DNA from: Bigelowiella natans CCMP2755
Taxonomy: Eukaryota; Protista; Cercozoa
NCBI GenBank assembly: GCA_000320545.1
Contig: ADNK01003251.1
Coordinates: 1-54,862, forward strand
Length of the DNA stretch: 54,862 bases
Direction: 5' to 3'
Of this stretch, positions 15,244-29,482 are shown piece after piece; within the stretch, counting starts at the first letter, position 1; the number at the start of each line of letters is the position of its first letter. The notes beneath the pieces are model-generated. The model was not told where the DNA came from, did no database searches, and saw only the letters and a program-made list of their open reading frames with translations. A program made the translations under genes and the position numbers.

Positions 15244-15715
15244 TTCACTCCTTCATTCTCTTCCTTTCTCCGGCACCTTCCACCTCTTCCCAAACCAACC
15301 GAAGATTGTTTCGGTGAATTTGAGTAGGAGACAAAATATTTCGAGAAATCCGATGATCATCTATGTTTGCTCACTATTTTTGCGCAAGCAGGCCCAAGCT
15401 CACACGCTTGTATACATCCACCTGCTGCCCTGTTGTCGCCTCATAAGAGAAGAGTACAGCTTGCAGGAAGGGGCTCCTATTTTTTGATTTTGCGAATTTT
15501 GGCCCTGCGACAACGATCCCTCTGCTCCGATCTCCTGCGGTTTTCTACTTATTTCCTACCTGAATCATGTCGCAGTATTAACACCCCATGTAAATAGGTA
15601 TACCGATTCCATCCCACTGGATTTACCGAGTGCGACACGAGAAAGAGGGATTCATGTTTTTAGATATGATAATTGATATCATACTCATATGAGCTCTGGT
15701 TTCCAACCCTAATCC

Positions 15716-17086
15716 ATGTCCATGCAAATTTTCATCAAGACCCTCACGGGAAAAAATATTACCCTCGATGTAGACCCTTCCGAAACCATCGACAATGTGA
15801 AGGAGAAGATCCAAGAAAAGGAAGGAGTTCCTCCTGATCAGCTGCGTCTCATCTTCGCTGGAAAGCAGCTTGAAGATGGACGCACCCTCGCTCATTGTAA
15901 TATCCAGAACGAGTCAACCCTTCACGGTGTCCTCGGTATTCGTGGAGGAACTGGTGATGATGAAGGAGATGTTGAAGAATGTCAGCCTCTTGTTGTTGAC
16001 AACGGCTCCGATATGATCAAAGCTGGTTTCGCTGGAGATGGGGCTCCTCGTACTGCCTTCCCATCCGTTTTTAAAGTTCCTCGTGTTAGAAACACTATGA
16101 CAGGCAAACAAGATGTTTATATCGGATCAGTTAATGCCAAGCGTGGAGTTTTAATCAATAAGTACGCTATTGAGCACGGCATCGTCACTGACTGGGACGC
16201 TATGTTGAAGATCTGGGACCACACCTTCCTCAACGAGCTTAAGGTTGCTCCTGAGGAACATCCTGTTCTCCTTACAGAGCCTCCTCTAAATCCTAAGGCT
16301 AATCGTGAGAAGACGATCAAGGTCATGTTTGAAACCTTCAAAACTCCTGCAACCTATATCGCTATCCAGGCAGCTCTTTCCCTCTACGCATCCGGACGTA
16401 CCACTGGTATCGTTCTGGACTCCGGAAAGGGAGTTTCTTACAATGTCCCGGTCTACGATGGTTACGCACTTCCCAGTTCTATCACGCGTCTCGACATTGC
16501 TGGGCGTGACCTCACTAATTACCTGGTGAAGATCCTGAATGAGCGTGGTTACTCTTTTACCACCGCCGCAACGCGTGAGATTGTCCGAAGCATCAAGGAG
16601 AAACTCTCCTATGTTGCTCTTGATTTTGAACAAGAGATGCGAGAATCAGAAACATCCTCCAAATGCGAGGCGAGTTATGAGCTTCCCGACGGAAAGAGTG
16701 TTACCATCGGAAATGAGCGATTCCGGTGCCCTGAAGTCCTCTTCACGCCAGATCTTATCGGACAAGAGCAAGCTGGAGTACATCAGCTTACCTACCAAAG
16801 CATTATGAAGTGTGATAGTTGTATTCGAAAGGATCTCTACGCTAACATCGTCCTTTCTGGGGGTTCCACTATGTTCACCGGAATTGCTAGTCGCCTTAAC
16901 AAGGAGCTTGTTGCTATGGCTCCTCAAACCATGAAGATCAAGGTTCTTGCTCCCCCTTCGCGTAAATACTCCGCCTGGATTGGAGGTTCCATTCTTGCTT
17001 CCCTCTCCACCTTCCGGGAGACCTGGATCTCCAAGGATGAGTACGACGAGAGCGGACCACAAATTGTTCACAGGAAGTGCTTTTAA
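15716..17086 (+). CDS. Ubiquitin-actin fusion protein (intronless)
   Basis: [13 protein letters not shown]...[12 protein letters not shown] (ubiquitin) is followed in frame by a full actin ([26 protein letters not shown], ...IVHRKCF). Confidence 0.95.
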   Translation: MSMQIFIKTLTGKNITLDVDPSETIDNVKEKIQEKEGVPPDQLRLIFAGKQLEDGRTLAHCNIQNESTLHGVLGIRGGTGDDEGDVEECQPLVVDNGSDMIKAGFAGDGAPRTAFPSVFKVPRVRNTMTGKQDVYIGSVNAKRGVLINKYAIEHGIVTDWDAMLKIWDHTFLNELKVAPEEHPVLLTEPPLNPKANREKTIKVMFETFKTPATYIAIQAALSLYASGRTTGIVLDSGKGVSYNVPVYDGYALPSSITRLDIAGRDLTNYLVKILNERGYSFTTAATREIVRSIKEKLSYVALDFEQEMRESETSSKCEASYELPDGKSVTIGNERFRCPEVLFTPDLIGQEQAGVHQLTYQSIMKCDSCIRKDLYANIVLSGGSTMFTGIASRLNKELVAMAPQTMKIKVLAPPSRKYSAWIGGSILASLSTFRETWISKDEYDESGPQIVHRKCF

Positions 17087-17153
17087 GTGAGAGTCTGAAG
17101 CCGCTGCATGCCGTCTCATTCGATGATGCTTTGTAAAATTTTCTTTATTGATG

Positions 17154-17197
<44 letters not shown>

Positions 17198-18063
17198 AAG
17201 GCACGCAAGCTTGTGTAGTTGTGCATGTGTGCATGTGAGTGTTACAGTGTGAGATGAACGATGTGAATGAATTTGAGCTCCGAGTGATGCAATGACTTTC
17301 ATGTGCACATGAATGAACAATTTAGCAATGAACATGCATGCATGTTTGGTGGACGTGATGTGTGCTGACGTGCACAACATGTGTGTCTGTCGTTGATGAC
17401 AAACAACAATGCTAGAATGGCACAACCAAATGCATGAATTGAAGGCCTGCATGATGCATGAACGACAGACATCTAGACATGCCTAGACACGTGTGTGTGA
17501 CAGTTGCGTTGCATGCATGTCATGCATGCACACATGCTCCACGTGTCCACAGTGTGAATTGACTCAATGTGCGATGATCCATGCGACATGCGTGCCAGCA
17601 TGCCAGCATGCTAGCATGCTAGCATGGCTGCTGCAGCTTCGATGGAGCTGCATGCATGGAGGCGCATGAAGCGACGATGATCAGATCTAGAGATGACGAA
17701 TGCAGTGTGATCCGTGCTGATGCCAATTTCAAAATTGCGAAGCTGCTGCCCATCTAGCCATGTTCATCGCGAAGCAGGCTTCTGGTGTTGGAATTTGAAA
17801 CAGAAGAAATGTGTGCCGAAAAACATCGGGGATTCTAGTTAAAAATTCACAGGGACATCCTGTTGTCGTTGTCTGAAAATGACCGGGAATCTCAGCAAAA
17901 CTGTTTCAAATGTTTTCTTGATGCGGCCTATCCTCATTGCCCCAAACTCTGCACGGTGACGACCTACACACTCGTTAGGAGTGTTTAAGCGCAAGCTCTT
18001 CGGGTCCATCGGCCTCAAGCAAAAGTATTACACACGCGACAACTTCTGCGCGTGGGAAACATC

Positions 18064-19161
18064 ATGGCGGGCCCGTACGAGTGGAAGAAAAAGACGGTCA
18101 TGGTGAAGAAAGAGGATAGGACGAAACTCCGGCGAAATCAGCGATTCAAGAAGGTCAAGAAGACAGTATACTACAAGCAAGAAAAGAAAATGGGCCAGCG
18201 GTTTAAAAACAAGTATACCGGTCAGCAGGGAGGATACGTCTCGAGATACGGGCCGACGCCGACTTATATTACCCGCGGAGATCACAAAAGAAGGGAGGAG
18301 GCAGAGAGGAAGAAAGGTCCAAAGCGGAAGCCTATGGAGGAGAAAAGTCCGAACACTGTCTCCCAGGACATCCTCTTGTACCTTTGCGGTAATCCGTGTT
18401 GTCTCGTGCCAAACCACGACCTCGTATGGCAGAGTGGGTTGTGCTGTCCAGTAGCGACATGTGATCGGGAGGGATGCATAGACGCCTGTTGCTGCCTAGC
18501 TGCTATGCTCAACCCCCTCATCCCGCTTTGCTGTATCATGCAAGACGAGAAGCACAACAATGGAGACGGTCAGGCGGTGGCTATTCTGGCCTCAATTGCC
18601 TGTTTCCCCATGGTATTCTTCTCAGGTTGCAGTCTCAGCCATGAACGGCTAGTCCTGGCTCAGCAGCACGGATTCACGTCACTCGGCGAACACGGAGACT
18701 GGGTGAGCCTTATCCTTTCTTGCTGTTGTTGCCCTTGCTGGCCGTCTCTTGCCGTGGCGCAAGCGCAAAGGGAACTTCGGGTAAGGATGGAACTTCCCTA
18801 CAGCACCGTTTTTAGAATTTGTAGTTGTTGCTGTGGGGACATATTTGGGGAAGGTGAGCGAGCGCGTGAATTGGAGTGGGACAGAAGGACCTACCCGAAC
18901 CAACCGGCCATGAACGATGGCGAAGCCAGAAATACTCGAGGAACAGCCGAAGGCTCAAAACATTCAAAGAATGACTCCTCAACTGCCGGTGGAAGAGAAA
19001 CTAGCATCGACAGAGGAGAGGGGCAAGCAGGAACATCGGATGTTTTGAAGAGCGACGAACCTAGGAAAGGGGGCATTGTAGAACACAATTCGAATGGCCT
19101 TTCAGATGTAGTCAGCTTGCAAGAAAATGCAGGAAGCACAGATGTGAACAATCCGAATTGA
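18064..19161 (+). CDS. Cys-rich PLAC8-like protein with basic N-terminus (intronless)
   Basis: Single long ORF. WQSGLCC...CIDACCC...SCCCCPCWPSLAVAQAQRELR matches the PLAC8 pattern. Confidence 0.65.
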   Translation: MAGPYEWKKKTVMVKKEDRTKLRRNQRFKKVKKTVYYKQEKKMGQRFKNKYTGQQGGYVSRYGPTPTYITRGDHKRREEAERKKGPKRKPMEEKSPNTVSQDILLYLCGNPCCLVPNHDLVWQSGLCCPVATCDREGCIDACCCLAAMLNPLIPLCCIMQDEKHNNGDGQAVAILASIACFPMVFFSGCSLSHERLVLAQQHGFTSLGEHGDWVSLILSCCCCPCWPSLAVAQAQRELRVRMELPYSTVFRICSCCCGDIFGEGERARELEWDRRTYPNQPAMNDGEARNTRGTAEGSKHSKNDSSTAGGRETSIDRGEGQAGTSDVLKSDEPRKGGIVEHNSNGLSDVVSLQENAGSTDVNNPN

Positions 19162-19749
19162 TGTAAATAACGAATTAGCATTTTTGTATCATGAAATGTT
19201 AGTCACATCACAGATCAGATGACAGCTAGCAGCTGATGCGATGTGTATACGATTAAGCAGAAGATATGAGAATGCCACATCACACAAGTAGTCTACACAG
19301 ATTAGCGCTGCTACGCATGTGACTTGGATATGATGATGAATAGCAGCCGGACGTAAAGTCTCCGGGTGCGCCTATTGCTCAAGCTACCTTGAAACACTAG
19401 AAATAGCTCTTCACTTGTGCGCAGTTTAAAACAAACAAGCATTATAGCATCTTGATGTGGACGCTGCTTCGTCTGCATCTTGGATGGATTTCAGATGCAA
19501 TCCGCAACAGAATTCACTTTACATGAGAAATATGCTAAGAAACATTCTCTCAAGCTAGCAAGCCATACAAGCGCCACATGGAAGTTGTTTGTCGTACTCG
19601 GCTCCCTGCTAGCCTGCTATTTGATCAAAGCTCACGTGCGTACCAGCCTAGCAGCGTGCGGGCACACACATGCGCTGTCGTGCGCGGCATTCTGCGAATG
19701 CAGATGCAGTGTCGGTTTTACAGCCGTGCTAGCGTGTGATACGTACGGA

Positions 19750-19792
<43 letters not shown>

Positions 19793-20196
19793 TCAGACGA
19801 CTACGCATCATAGCACCGCCGGAGATCTGTTAGACTCACTACATGCAGTATGCATCACCATTATTTTTTTAAGTTATTGCGAATGCTGCGAATGCTATGT
19901 TGAGATCACGTACTAAGATATACGTCTAGATGTGTGTCAGCATGCTTACTGTTTTCTGACGATCTCATCACTACTTTCTGCCGTCCACAATTTGTGCAGT
20001 TTCAGGCTCACGCAAGCCTGAAATAGGAAAAACATACTAATATGTTCCTTGGTTTCCGAGATCTCATACGACCGATGTGCTGCGTTTCGAATGCTTCGTC
20101 GTTGTTTTTATAAAGGCAGATTTGTGTGCTCGTGTGTGTATGTGTGCTCGCTCGAATATTGACTAAATTTTCTCCATGTCTGAGCATGTGTTCTGG

Positions 20197-22180
20197 TCAC
20201 AGCATCTCTCCTATTCTATATTTACCCCACGATTTCTTGATGGGGGGAAAGATGTAGCCTGCCTTGAGGAGGTCTAAGATAAAGCTTTGTGCGAGCTGCA
20301 CATCTTTGATATGCAGGATCCCGTGCTCATACCTGCATTTCAATTATGATGTGATTGACGACTTCGGAACCCAAGGGTGTCGTACATGATGGCTATGTAG
20401 AGAAAGCACATTCATCATCAGGAGCGACAGCACGTAGCAGTAGCATGGTATTTCTGAAGTACTCATTATTATTTGAATCTTCCTTCTTTGCTAGCGTTTA
20501 TACTACGCCTTTCTCAATGTTGACACTCTTACATCGTGATGAAAAGATCTTCGATCCTTCCTTCCAATGATCCCTGTACGAGAAATCGCCAGAACACTTC
20601 TCAACAACCTCTTTCCATTCATGATGCACACACGCTCAATACGCATTCGGTATCTATGCATCTTTGGAGCAAGATGAAAGCATTACATTATGAACAACGC
20701 CCTTTTGATCAAGAAGCCCCCCCCCCCCCCCCTCCATTCCCTCCCTCCTTCCCACCCTTATCGACAGTACCTCAGAAGATTTCCATTGGCATAAAAAACT
20801 GGTAAGAGCCCCTGCTCTCAGGTACAATTGACTCTAATGATAACGATAATGATGGTGGTGATGGTGATGATGGTGTTCTTAGTGGTGAGACATTGGAAAT
20901 ATTTTGCCCTTTTGTATGATATGTGAGACTTAAAAATATTATGCTCCTACTGGCTGCTACTACCCAATTCCTTCTTAGCTTCGAATCATCCTTTTCTAAC
21001 TCCTTAAAATCATGCCACCTCAATAACCCCCCCTCCACCCCTCCCACTATCCTTAACAATAAATTAAATCCCACCTCAATAAACCCCCCCCTCACCCCTC
21101 CCACTATTCTTAACAATAAAATGAGCTCTTTGCACCAATGACTTCTGTCCTGAGCTGCAGCAGCAGGGCAAAAGCCATCGGGTTTAAGCGCCGCTTTGCT
21201 ACTATGAATGGAAGAAACACCTCGCTCTCGAAATCAGCCAGGTATGAGTGCGGATTTCTGTATTGAGTTGCGAACGAAGATGAGAAGCCCATGACATGGC
21301 CAAGATCCCTACAATAAAGAACAACGCAGGTAAAGAGCATATCATGGATACGTGGCAGCAGCACACGCCAAGGAGAAGAGGAGGGAAAGAAGGCTGACAC
21401 ACACGAATCGATATACAAACATTTCGATACAAACCAAACCCTCATTATGGAGGGAATTCATGCTACTTTTCCAACTCAACTACGACAGCTCACTAGCACG
21501 GTTGGACTGCTACCACATCAGTCTTTCTGCAAAGTACGAGCGCCATATATCTGTGACTCTCCCATGCACGGTGACGGGGAGCAGCACGGCCCAAAGTGCG
21601 TCGGAGCTTTGAAGAAGATAAAGAACGTAGTCAATCATCATATTTTGAATTACTGCCTGCTCGTCATCACCGAGCGTCTCAGTCGCATGATGAAACCGAG
21701 ATCTCCAAGGTCAATAGAAACTACCCTAGACGAGGGCAATCGCCTTTTGTAGGCAGAATCTCCCAGCTACAATCTCAACGGGGAGAGAAAGTTATATCGC
21801 TCTTTCCCCGTGGAAGAATGTGCTGATTTTGCGTTTGGGACGTGTAGTTCTGTTGGTTATCTATCGTATCGTAGCGAGCAGCATGACATGAACATACTCC
21901 AACCTAAACAAAGCAGCTTGAGCATTCGTTGGAGCGAAGACACCGCTGGGGAGGAGGAGGAGTTTTTTCCCTTTCATCAGGTAGCAGCAGCAGCAGCAGA
22001 AGTAGTTGTAGTAGTAGTAGTTGTTGTTGTAATAACACCGCAAAAGCAAAGGACGAGGTCCGCCACACACGCACGCACTCACGTCTTCTTTAGAAAGTAT
22101 TTTATCGTATATTTCCCGCCTATTCTAGCGACGTTGTAGCTACTACTACTACTGCTACCCACCACTCTTTACTACTCCTA

Positions 22181-22214
<34 letters not shown>

Positions 22215-24640
22215 TTTCTACGACTACTTTTGGTGAAATCAATAGGCAACTCTCTTGTGAGTCTGTAGATAGCATCCACGTCTGGGTCATGACCGGCCAA
22301 GCTCTGACGAGCAAAGGCCACCAGACGATAGTAACAACAAAGACGACGAGGGGGGGAGAGGGGGGGGAGAGGGGGGGTAGAGGAGGAGAGGGAGGCCGTT
22401 TAATACAACGCTGAACGAATGTAGATCGGCATCATCGCTACTACCTGAATAAGTGTAACATTCCTCATCTTATCATCGATGGGAGGGCTACTACTACTCT
22501 CTCCATCGTTGATGATAAATGTTCTTTTATCATTCACGAATTCCAACGGGAACCCCCTCGGCCTATGCAGTTGATGTCATAGAGTAAATGTACACGCGCG
22601 TGTTGCTTTTCATGTCGCCGCGCTATCATTTAGAAGACGTCGTTTCATATATCATGTGATACGCTCAAAACAGGCCCCGGTTGGAGCTTCCTTTTGCGCC
22701 CCCCCCCGTTGTTTGTCTGCTCTATTGTTGTTTGTCTGCTCTATTGCCGTGTGCTCACTACCATATAAACTCCGGCTGTTTCTTCGGTTTTTGCGGGTCG
22801 AAATATGGGTACGGATTGAACAGATGATGCGTTGTGGGAGCCCAAATCACCTCCTGTTTCACACCATGAAGCATATCCTTAATAACGCTCTAAGAATGGC
22901 GTTGCATTTTATGTGTATCTACACACAACGGTTGCTTCACGACGGCAGGAGGAAGAGAGAAGGGAATGCTCGCATAATAGCTTGTGAGCGACTTATCAAG
23001 TACGTGTTGGTGATGGCGCGAGGAGGATGACGGCTGCTGGGATGATGGCAATTCGAAAAGGGCATCTAGCGGAGGCTCCTTAGGCTCGGAAAGTACGTTA
23101 TCATCGTCAACGTCATAGATCACCTAGAAGTCATAGAATTATCATCATTTTATTACGTAGTAGTAGTAGTAGTAGTCGTAGTAGTGGTAGGAATAGTATT
23201 ATGGCGCTCGAACGAGTAAGTCAGACAAGGGCTCCTTGATATAAAGCTGCTGCTGCCATTCCCCCCCCTTCCCCTCACTCCCTCCTCAATATCAAAGCGG
23301 CTACGACAAACACGGGAGGCTGTTCATGATCATCAGCAACTCCTACCTTTGCCCCGTGCTGAATGGCGTAGATAAAGGCCACGTTCTTCCGTCCAAAATG
23401 GTTCCAATTCAACAAAGGAGTCGTTCCGTATCCAAGGGAAGACTGATCGTGTGGGGATAGATATACGAGATGACCTGGTTTGTCTTTGCTTACTCGCTCG
23501 TATTCCTCCTTCGACTCCGGAGGCGACTTCTTATCTCCCGCAACGACGACGCACCATTCTTTGAATTCCAGCAGCTGCTTTACTGTTGTGGTAGGGCTGA
23601 AGATCGTCGTCACAACCTGGATATAAAAGGTGAGATAATCAATGTGTAAGTGCTGGAAGTGGGAGAGGACGGCGTGCAATGCCATTGCGTGACTGGATCC
23701 CTCACCTCTATCTCAAAGGAAGAGTAGAGAATGATAAAAAGTTTAATGGTAATTAATGCGAAAGAAATCGTCGTTATTACCGCCCACTTCTCGCAAGTGC
23801 GCGAGTTTTTGGGCATCCTGTGCGGTGATAATCTAGCTGCCTTTCTTCTGTCCAAGATTTGATTATCGGTAAACATGCGATTTCCCTTAAAATCATAGAT
23901 ACGCTGCATCTTGAACAGCTTTCCCTACACAATTGAATATGTTTCAACAAAGCAAAGAAAATACAACACCTCATGATTTCCCTCACACACTATGCGACGG
24001 AACCGTTATAGTCGTCGATGCTTTATCATCATCATCACTATCTTCGTCTTGATTATGGGTGGGTTTCGTTGCAGTATGACCGAGGAGCTCTCGCTCAGTG
24101 GATTATTGAACAATCCAGCAGAGGTGTCTACAGCAGCACCGTCACCGCCACTCGCATCGTCCTTATGAGTCCCTAGATTTCCGCCATTTTGCGAATCAGT
24201 GATGGTGGTGGTGGTGGTGGTGGTGCTACCCCCCCAGCTGTTCGGAGTATTGCTGAAGATCGTTCTGAAAGTAGGTGTCGGGCATATGCTGTGTGAGTGC
24301 GTGTGCATGGGTTTTAAAAGGGCTCTTGCATTGATTTTAACATTAGAGATACGTAGTAGGTAAGGCTCGGGGAGTTGATGAAGTCCTCCCTCCTCCTCTA
24401 TTTTCCATCCAGAAACAATTGTGAGGTTGAAACGTACTCCTCCCAAAACGGTTCTTAGTTAGAATTTCGAATATCATCCTATTCTCTGTCTCTCGTGTTC
24501 CTCCGCTAATACATACGATGTGGTAAATCCTGATAGTCCCATGAAAAGCAGGATAGTGGTGGATGCAACGACACTAATCGCAGCCACTGGAAGCCATCGA
24601 GGCGATCGGGCCTTCGCGTCCTCAGAGGGATCTCGGGGGA
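20197..24640 (-). CDS. STELLO-like (DUF288) glycosyltransferase, multi-exon
   Basis: N-terminal TM segment, then CEKWA|VVTTIFSPT, WCVVVAGDKKSP, LVYLSP, WNHFGRKNVAFIYAIQHGAK|VIYDVDDDN. C-terminal YEHGILHIKDVQLAQSFILDLLKAGYIFP. 5' end approximate. Confidence 0.85.
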
Positions 24641-25661
24641 GAACAACGCTTGTCAGTTGCAGTTAGGATACGACATGTTGTGCAATTCATTTTACAGCTT
24701 TTATATATGATACATCGAATGATGGAAGTGGGGATGAAGAAGTTGACTCGCCACTCGAATTTATGCTGTTTTAATTAAGCGGCGGGGAACCATTTCTTAC
24801 CGTCTGTAGCAGGCAGTCTTGACAGCAACATCCCACGAGGTTGTAGTAAGTAGTAGTAGAGCTCACGCCCTATCGAAAACGAAAGAAACACGGAAAAAGT
24901 AAACAACCCAGAATCACGACATCATCGCCATCTAAGTAACCGCGAGGACCACATCAGCATCGTTATCATTATCATCACTATCATCATGTTATTATCTCTG
25001 CTTTCCGCCCCCCTGCCCAATATAGACAGCATACCACAGATCATTCTCAGACTATCTCAAGCATGCACAATTTAATTTCCCTCCCCCGTTCTTACTTTCT
25101 TCCAGCTTCGCTCTTCTGCTCCCACCCCTCCGAAAGAAACACTGGGAGACCAACGCAGCCGCCGGGGTGACGTGTTCCGTGGTAAACCAGAGGACCCGTT
25201 TCGCTCAACAGCGACAAGGAAATAGACGAAATATGGAGATAAAATGGCATTCACTTTCGCTCTAATCTCAGCGACACTTGTGACACTACCAACTGATCTA
25301 AAATTATTCATTGGACAGACGCAGGCATTTACAAATATCGCGACATTGCATTATTGCATTTTTTACGATAATATGCGGGAATAGTCGCGTGTGTGCTCGT
25401 AAGCGAGCATTCGCCTCTGCGTCTGCCTCACACCATGATTCATGTCTAGCATGCCACAATGCTTAGTGCCTGCCAGTCATGTATGGGGAGTGATGATGCA
25501 CCAACCAAGCTTTGGTCGAGGTTTCTGCGTAATATATCACCGTGTTAACTTCTCACTACTACAATTAGGCAAGGAGCGATCTTCGTCGCGACAATGAAAT
25601 GCAAATTGTTTTTGTCATCTATCCTCAACATAAAAGCATTAAACCTTTAATAAGATCAACA

Positions 25662-26918
25662 ATGGATACTGCAATGGATTCTCGAGAACCTGCTGTTGTT
25701 GCATACCGCAATCCCCACGAGCAATTTCGCCCTTCTGGTATAGCTCAGCTTGAGGGCGGGATTAGCGATGATAGCAACGAAGAGAAACTTGCGAAGAAAA
25801 ATTATGAACAAGAAGGAAATAAGACTCTCATCGAAGTTGCAAAGCAAGGCTTAGAAGAAGGCAATTTGGTCCAAAAAACTGTTGGAAATGCTGTGAAGAC
25901 ATTGACCTCGGCCAAGGAAAGTGCGAAGAACATGTCCAGCATCCTTAAGTTCGGTATCGAGAAATTCGAGTCCAACATCTCGAGCGTGCCCCTACTTGCG
26001 CCAATGGTGGCTACAATATCAACAAAACAAGAGAAAGTCGTTGGGAAAGTAGATTCACTGCTATCATATTGTTACGGGACTGCCTTGAAGGTAGTGATCT
26101 TCTCATTTTCCTTTCATGGAATATTGATATGCATACCCGCGTTGTGTTTCCAATGATAGGTTGGTAAAGATGTGTATAACGTCGTCGATATTAGTAGGGA
26201 TGCGGCACTTGATACTGCACAGAAGCAGGCAGGTATAATATATGGAATAGTTGTTCGTGCAGAGTGGCTTGATTCGGTAGATAAAATTCTAAATCCGGCC
26301 AAAATGGGTGCTTTGAATGCTGTTGCAAGTTTCAAGACTGCAACTCAAAAATCATGGGTTGATTTATGTCAGAAGACTAACCAAGCACGACGATCAATTC
26401 ACGAAATTACATCCGACGAATATGTTGAGAAGGTTAAGGACCGTATGCAGGAACAATGGGATGAGAAACTGAAGGAACCTGTCCAGGAGCTCTTTCTCAA
26501 AGCCAAAGAAGAGTTCAAGAAAAATGGCAATTTTAACTTAGATAAGGCGAAGGATGTAATTACTTCGTTGCAATCGGTGTGGGAAAAAAAGGCTATCGAC
26601 TCGGTCAAAGCGAGAGTTCGTCCTGCGCAGATTGCGTTCAATTCCATCACAGAAACTTATGGAAAATATCGACAAATATCCAAGGAAAAAGGACTCAAAA
26701 TGTCAGCTGAACTTTTCATTGAGGAGGTCAAAGGCAGTCTCGAAGATGCCTATGACGAGCGACTTGCTCCTTATCTCAAAGCTTATTATGAAGCAGCGAA
26801 AAAATACACATGGACTGCCACAGAAATGAAGAAAGCTAACGACAGTAGCAGTGCTGCAGAATCCAAGCGGTGCGCTGATTCGCCAGCAGACGATGAAAGC
26901 AGGAAGCCTACTGGGTAA
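25662..26918 (+). CDS. Helical protein, possibly lipid-droplet (perilipin PAT / REF-SRPP-like); one intron 26091-26159
   Basis: Two long ORFs joined in frame by a GT-AG intron (LK|VGK). Amphipathic helices; pattern SAKESAKNMSSILKFGIEKFE...P...KVD. Confidence 0.55.
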
Positions 26919-27454
26919 AAGGATTCCATCGAAATAAATCCACAACCCTTATGAATTTCTGTGCAACAAATCGGTAGCAGACTAGCGGTGTGAAAATGTT
27001 TCTAGCTAGCTAGGTCGTATGAATGGATTTTGTTGTCACAGACACGCCTTGGGTTAGCACACATGCATTCCAATGTCGCTGTTGATGATCCATAGCAGAG
27101 ATGTACTCAGAGAAACGGCACAATCAATGCTTCCCCTTGCAACACCATCGCCCTATCAAATTGTCATGCACAATGATCATCGCTAGATCGTGCGCATTCA
27201 TCGCTTAACGATTGTTACTAGATCACTAAATCATGCTGCGAAGGAGAATCTAATTTTGCAGTGACAGCAAGCAGCTAGTGCTCTCTAGCTCTTTTGCATG
27301 AGGAACGCATTTGTCGACAATGTGAGCAATTAATTGATTTGCTGACAATGCACAGCGACGCATTGCCTGTTCTAGTGTTGCATGCATGCAACAGAGCTTA
27401 GAGAGCTAGAGAGCCATAAGCTAGAAAGCTAGAGAGCTAGAGGAGAATGACCTA

Positions 27455-29088
27455 TCAAGCTATCCGGTCTATCACACCTTCCATGACGGCAGCCATCACC
27501 CGATCTGTCGTCGCTGGCATGCCCATCCCCTCCACAACACCATACAAAACGAGTTCACCATCCAAGAAACTGATGTCGTCATGCCTTTGCTTGCATTGCC
27601 CATTGTTTCTTCCATCGGTTCTGTTCCTGTGCTGTTTCAAACGCTAATTTCATTTTTTCTATCCAAATCTCGTCAAAGTTATTTGCTTTGGAAGATGACG
27701 ACGAAAGGTCTGAACTTCTTTTGCATCGTAGTTCTGCGACAACAGCTTGGGATGCGTGGGATATGCGCATATTCATGTTCAAAACTCTTTTTTTCAAATA
27801 TCTCTGCAAGGAAGATGGGGTTTTATCACGTCCAAAGAGCATTCGTATGTGTTCTAGCAGGTTGCCGCTTTCAGGATGAAGAGCTTTTACTAGCTCATTT
27901 TCGCTGCAATGTTCATAAGTCTGGCAAATACATGATTCTGCCAGGAACATACAGTCGCATAGTCTTTTGCCAGCCAGAATACCTTTCATTTACATTGCAA
28001 CTCTCATTCGCATTAATTTTTAAGGTCAAGATCAGCTTGGGGGTAAATTCTACTTCTAATTTTTGCTTTACCGAGTAGGAAATTGAGATGGGGATCAGAG
28101 TTGGATGAATGTGTCCAAAGATAAGTGAAGCTCTCGCGCACGTACAATAGAAGAGTTTCGTCGTCAACTTTTTCCCAATTTTCCTCAAGAAATTTTGGCT
28201 GGAAAAATGGATGAGCAACGAATTCTGGCGCTTCTGGGAAGATTTCTCCATCATCGTATTGAATGCTGTACAGAGGATTTTTGCTTTTTGTGGCAACGAT
28301 CTTCGAGGGGTACCTAAATTGAAGAAATTATGTGATTATCGCATACATTAGGGTCTAGTAAAAAAAAAAGGTTTCAAGAATCAGCCAAGTTTATGGAAGT
28401 ATTTGTGTTTACGCATTTACAAAAGACATAAGTCCAAGTTCGATGTCAAGATATTTTTTATACATCCAGAGAAATTTTATTTGATGTACTATGAATTACG
28501 AGAGGCCTGCCTGCCATCCACCTTGTACCCATAGCGATAATGCCTTAGGTGTTAGCGGCTCTATGGAGCATCGAGACACAGCATTCGCTAGCGCAGGGTG
28601 TAACATATGCAAGTCGTGCAAATCTCTTCGAATAGTACGCCGAAACGCTACGATTCGTGCACGGTGCTTTTCAATGGCATCTTTCACGAGTAACGAATTG
28701 GACTGCACTGCATGATCAAGCGGCTTTAAACCCTTCGAACAGGGAATTTCAGGATTGGCGCCAGCGTTTAGAAGACGAAGGACAAATCGAATCGCAATGT
28801 TGTTTGAATGACTCGCTGCAATTGTGAGAGGTGTCATGCCCTTACCATCTTTGCCATCTAAATGACTGAAAACATCTTGCTGTTTCTCATCGTTGACTTT
28901 TTGCCTTCGCTGAAGGGATCGGAGAAGGACGATTTGAAATCGGGGATAGTCCAACGCGCGAATGCAACATTGAAGAGACACTGCCCCCTCCATAGTGAAT
29001 GGCTATGGGGGTCGGCGATAATTACACCCAATTGCTTTCGAACAAAGTGAATCTGGGCATTCGGGGCATTTTTTGAAATCACTTTCAT
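27455..29088 (-). pseudogene. Ankyrin-repeat gene with a Tudor-like segment, probably disrupted
   Basis: GMTPLTIAA...LLNAGANPE...GLKPLDHA ankyrin repeats; YSIQYDDGE Tudor-like motif. Frame changes and stops that do not all have obvious introns. Confidence 0.55.
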
Positions 29089-29482
29089 GCAGCACTAATT
29101 CCCTCGCCGCCATTTCATCCATCACATGCCAACTCGAAATTCAGAAAATAACATCCTTCTACGTTATATCCCGCATAAAATTTTTTCCAATGTGCACACG
29201 CCTGGCGGGGTATTGTGCGACAGGAAAATAGCAGTTCAATACATATTGGGGACGCTTTTTTAATGGTAAAATTTCGTTAGTTTCCGATGTATTATTTTCG
29301 AAAGTAATTTTTTTACAAATATTTTTTCGGATGATCATCCATGAATGGGGGAACGGCTGCCCTGCGGTTCCATGACAACCCGGCGAAGATGGCAGACCTG
29401 AATCTAAATCGATAAGATTGGAAGCAACGTTACAAACACCTTTAAAATCGAGATTTTTCCCTATTCACCGATCTCCTCTCCG

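Noticed and set aside
21020-21120. ~57-bp direct duplication
   Set aside because: Ordinary intronic slippage duplication in the STELLO-like gene.
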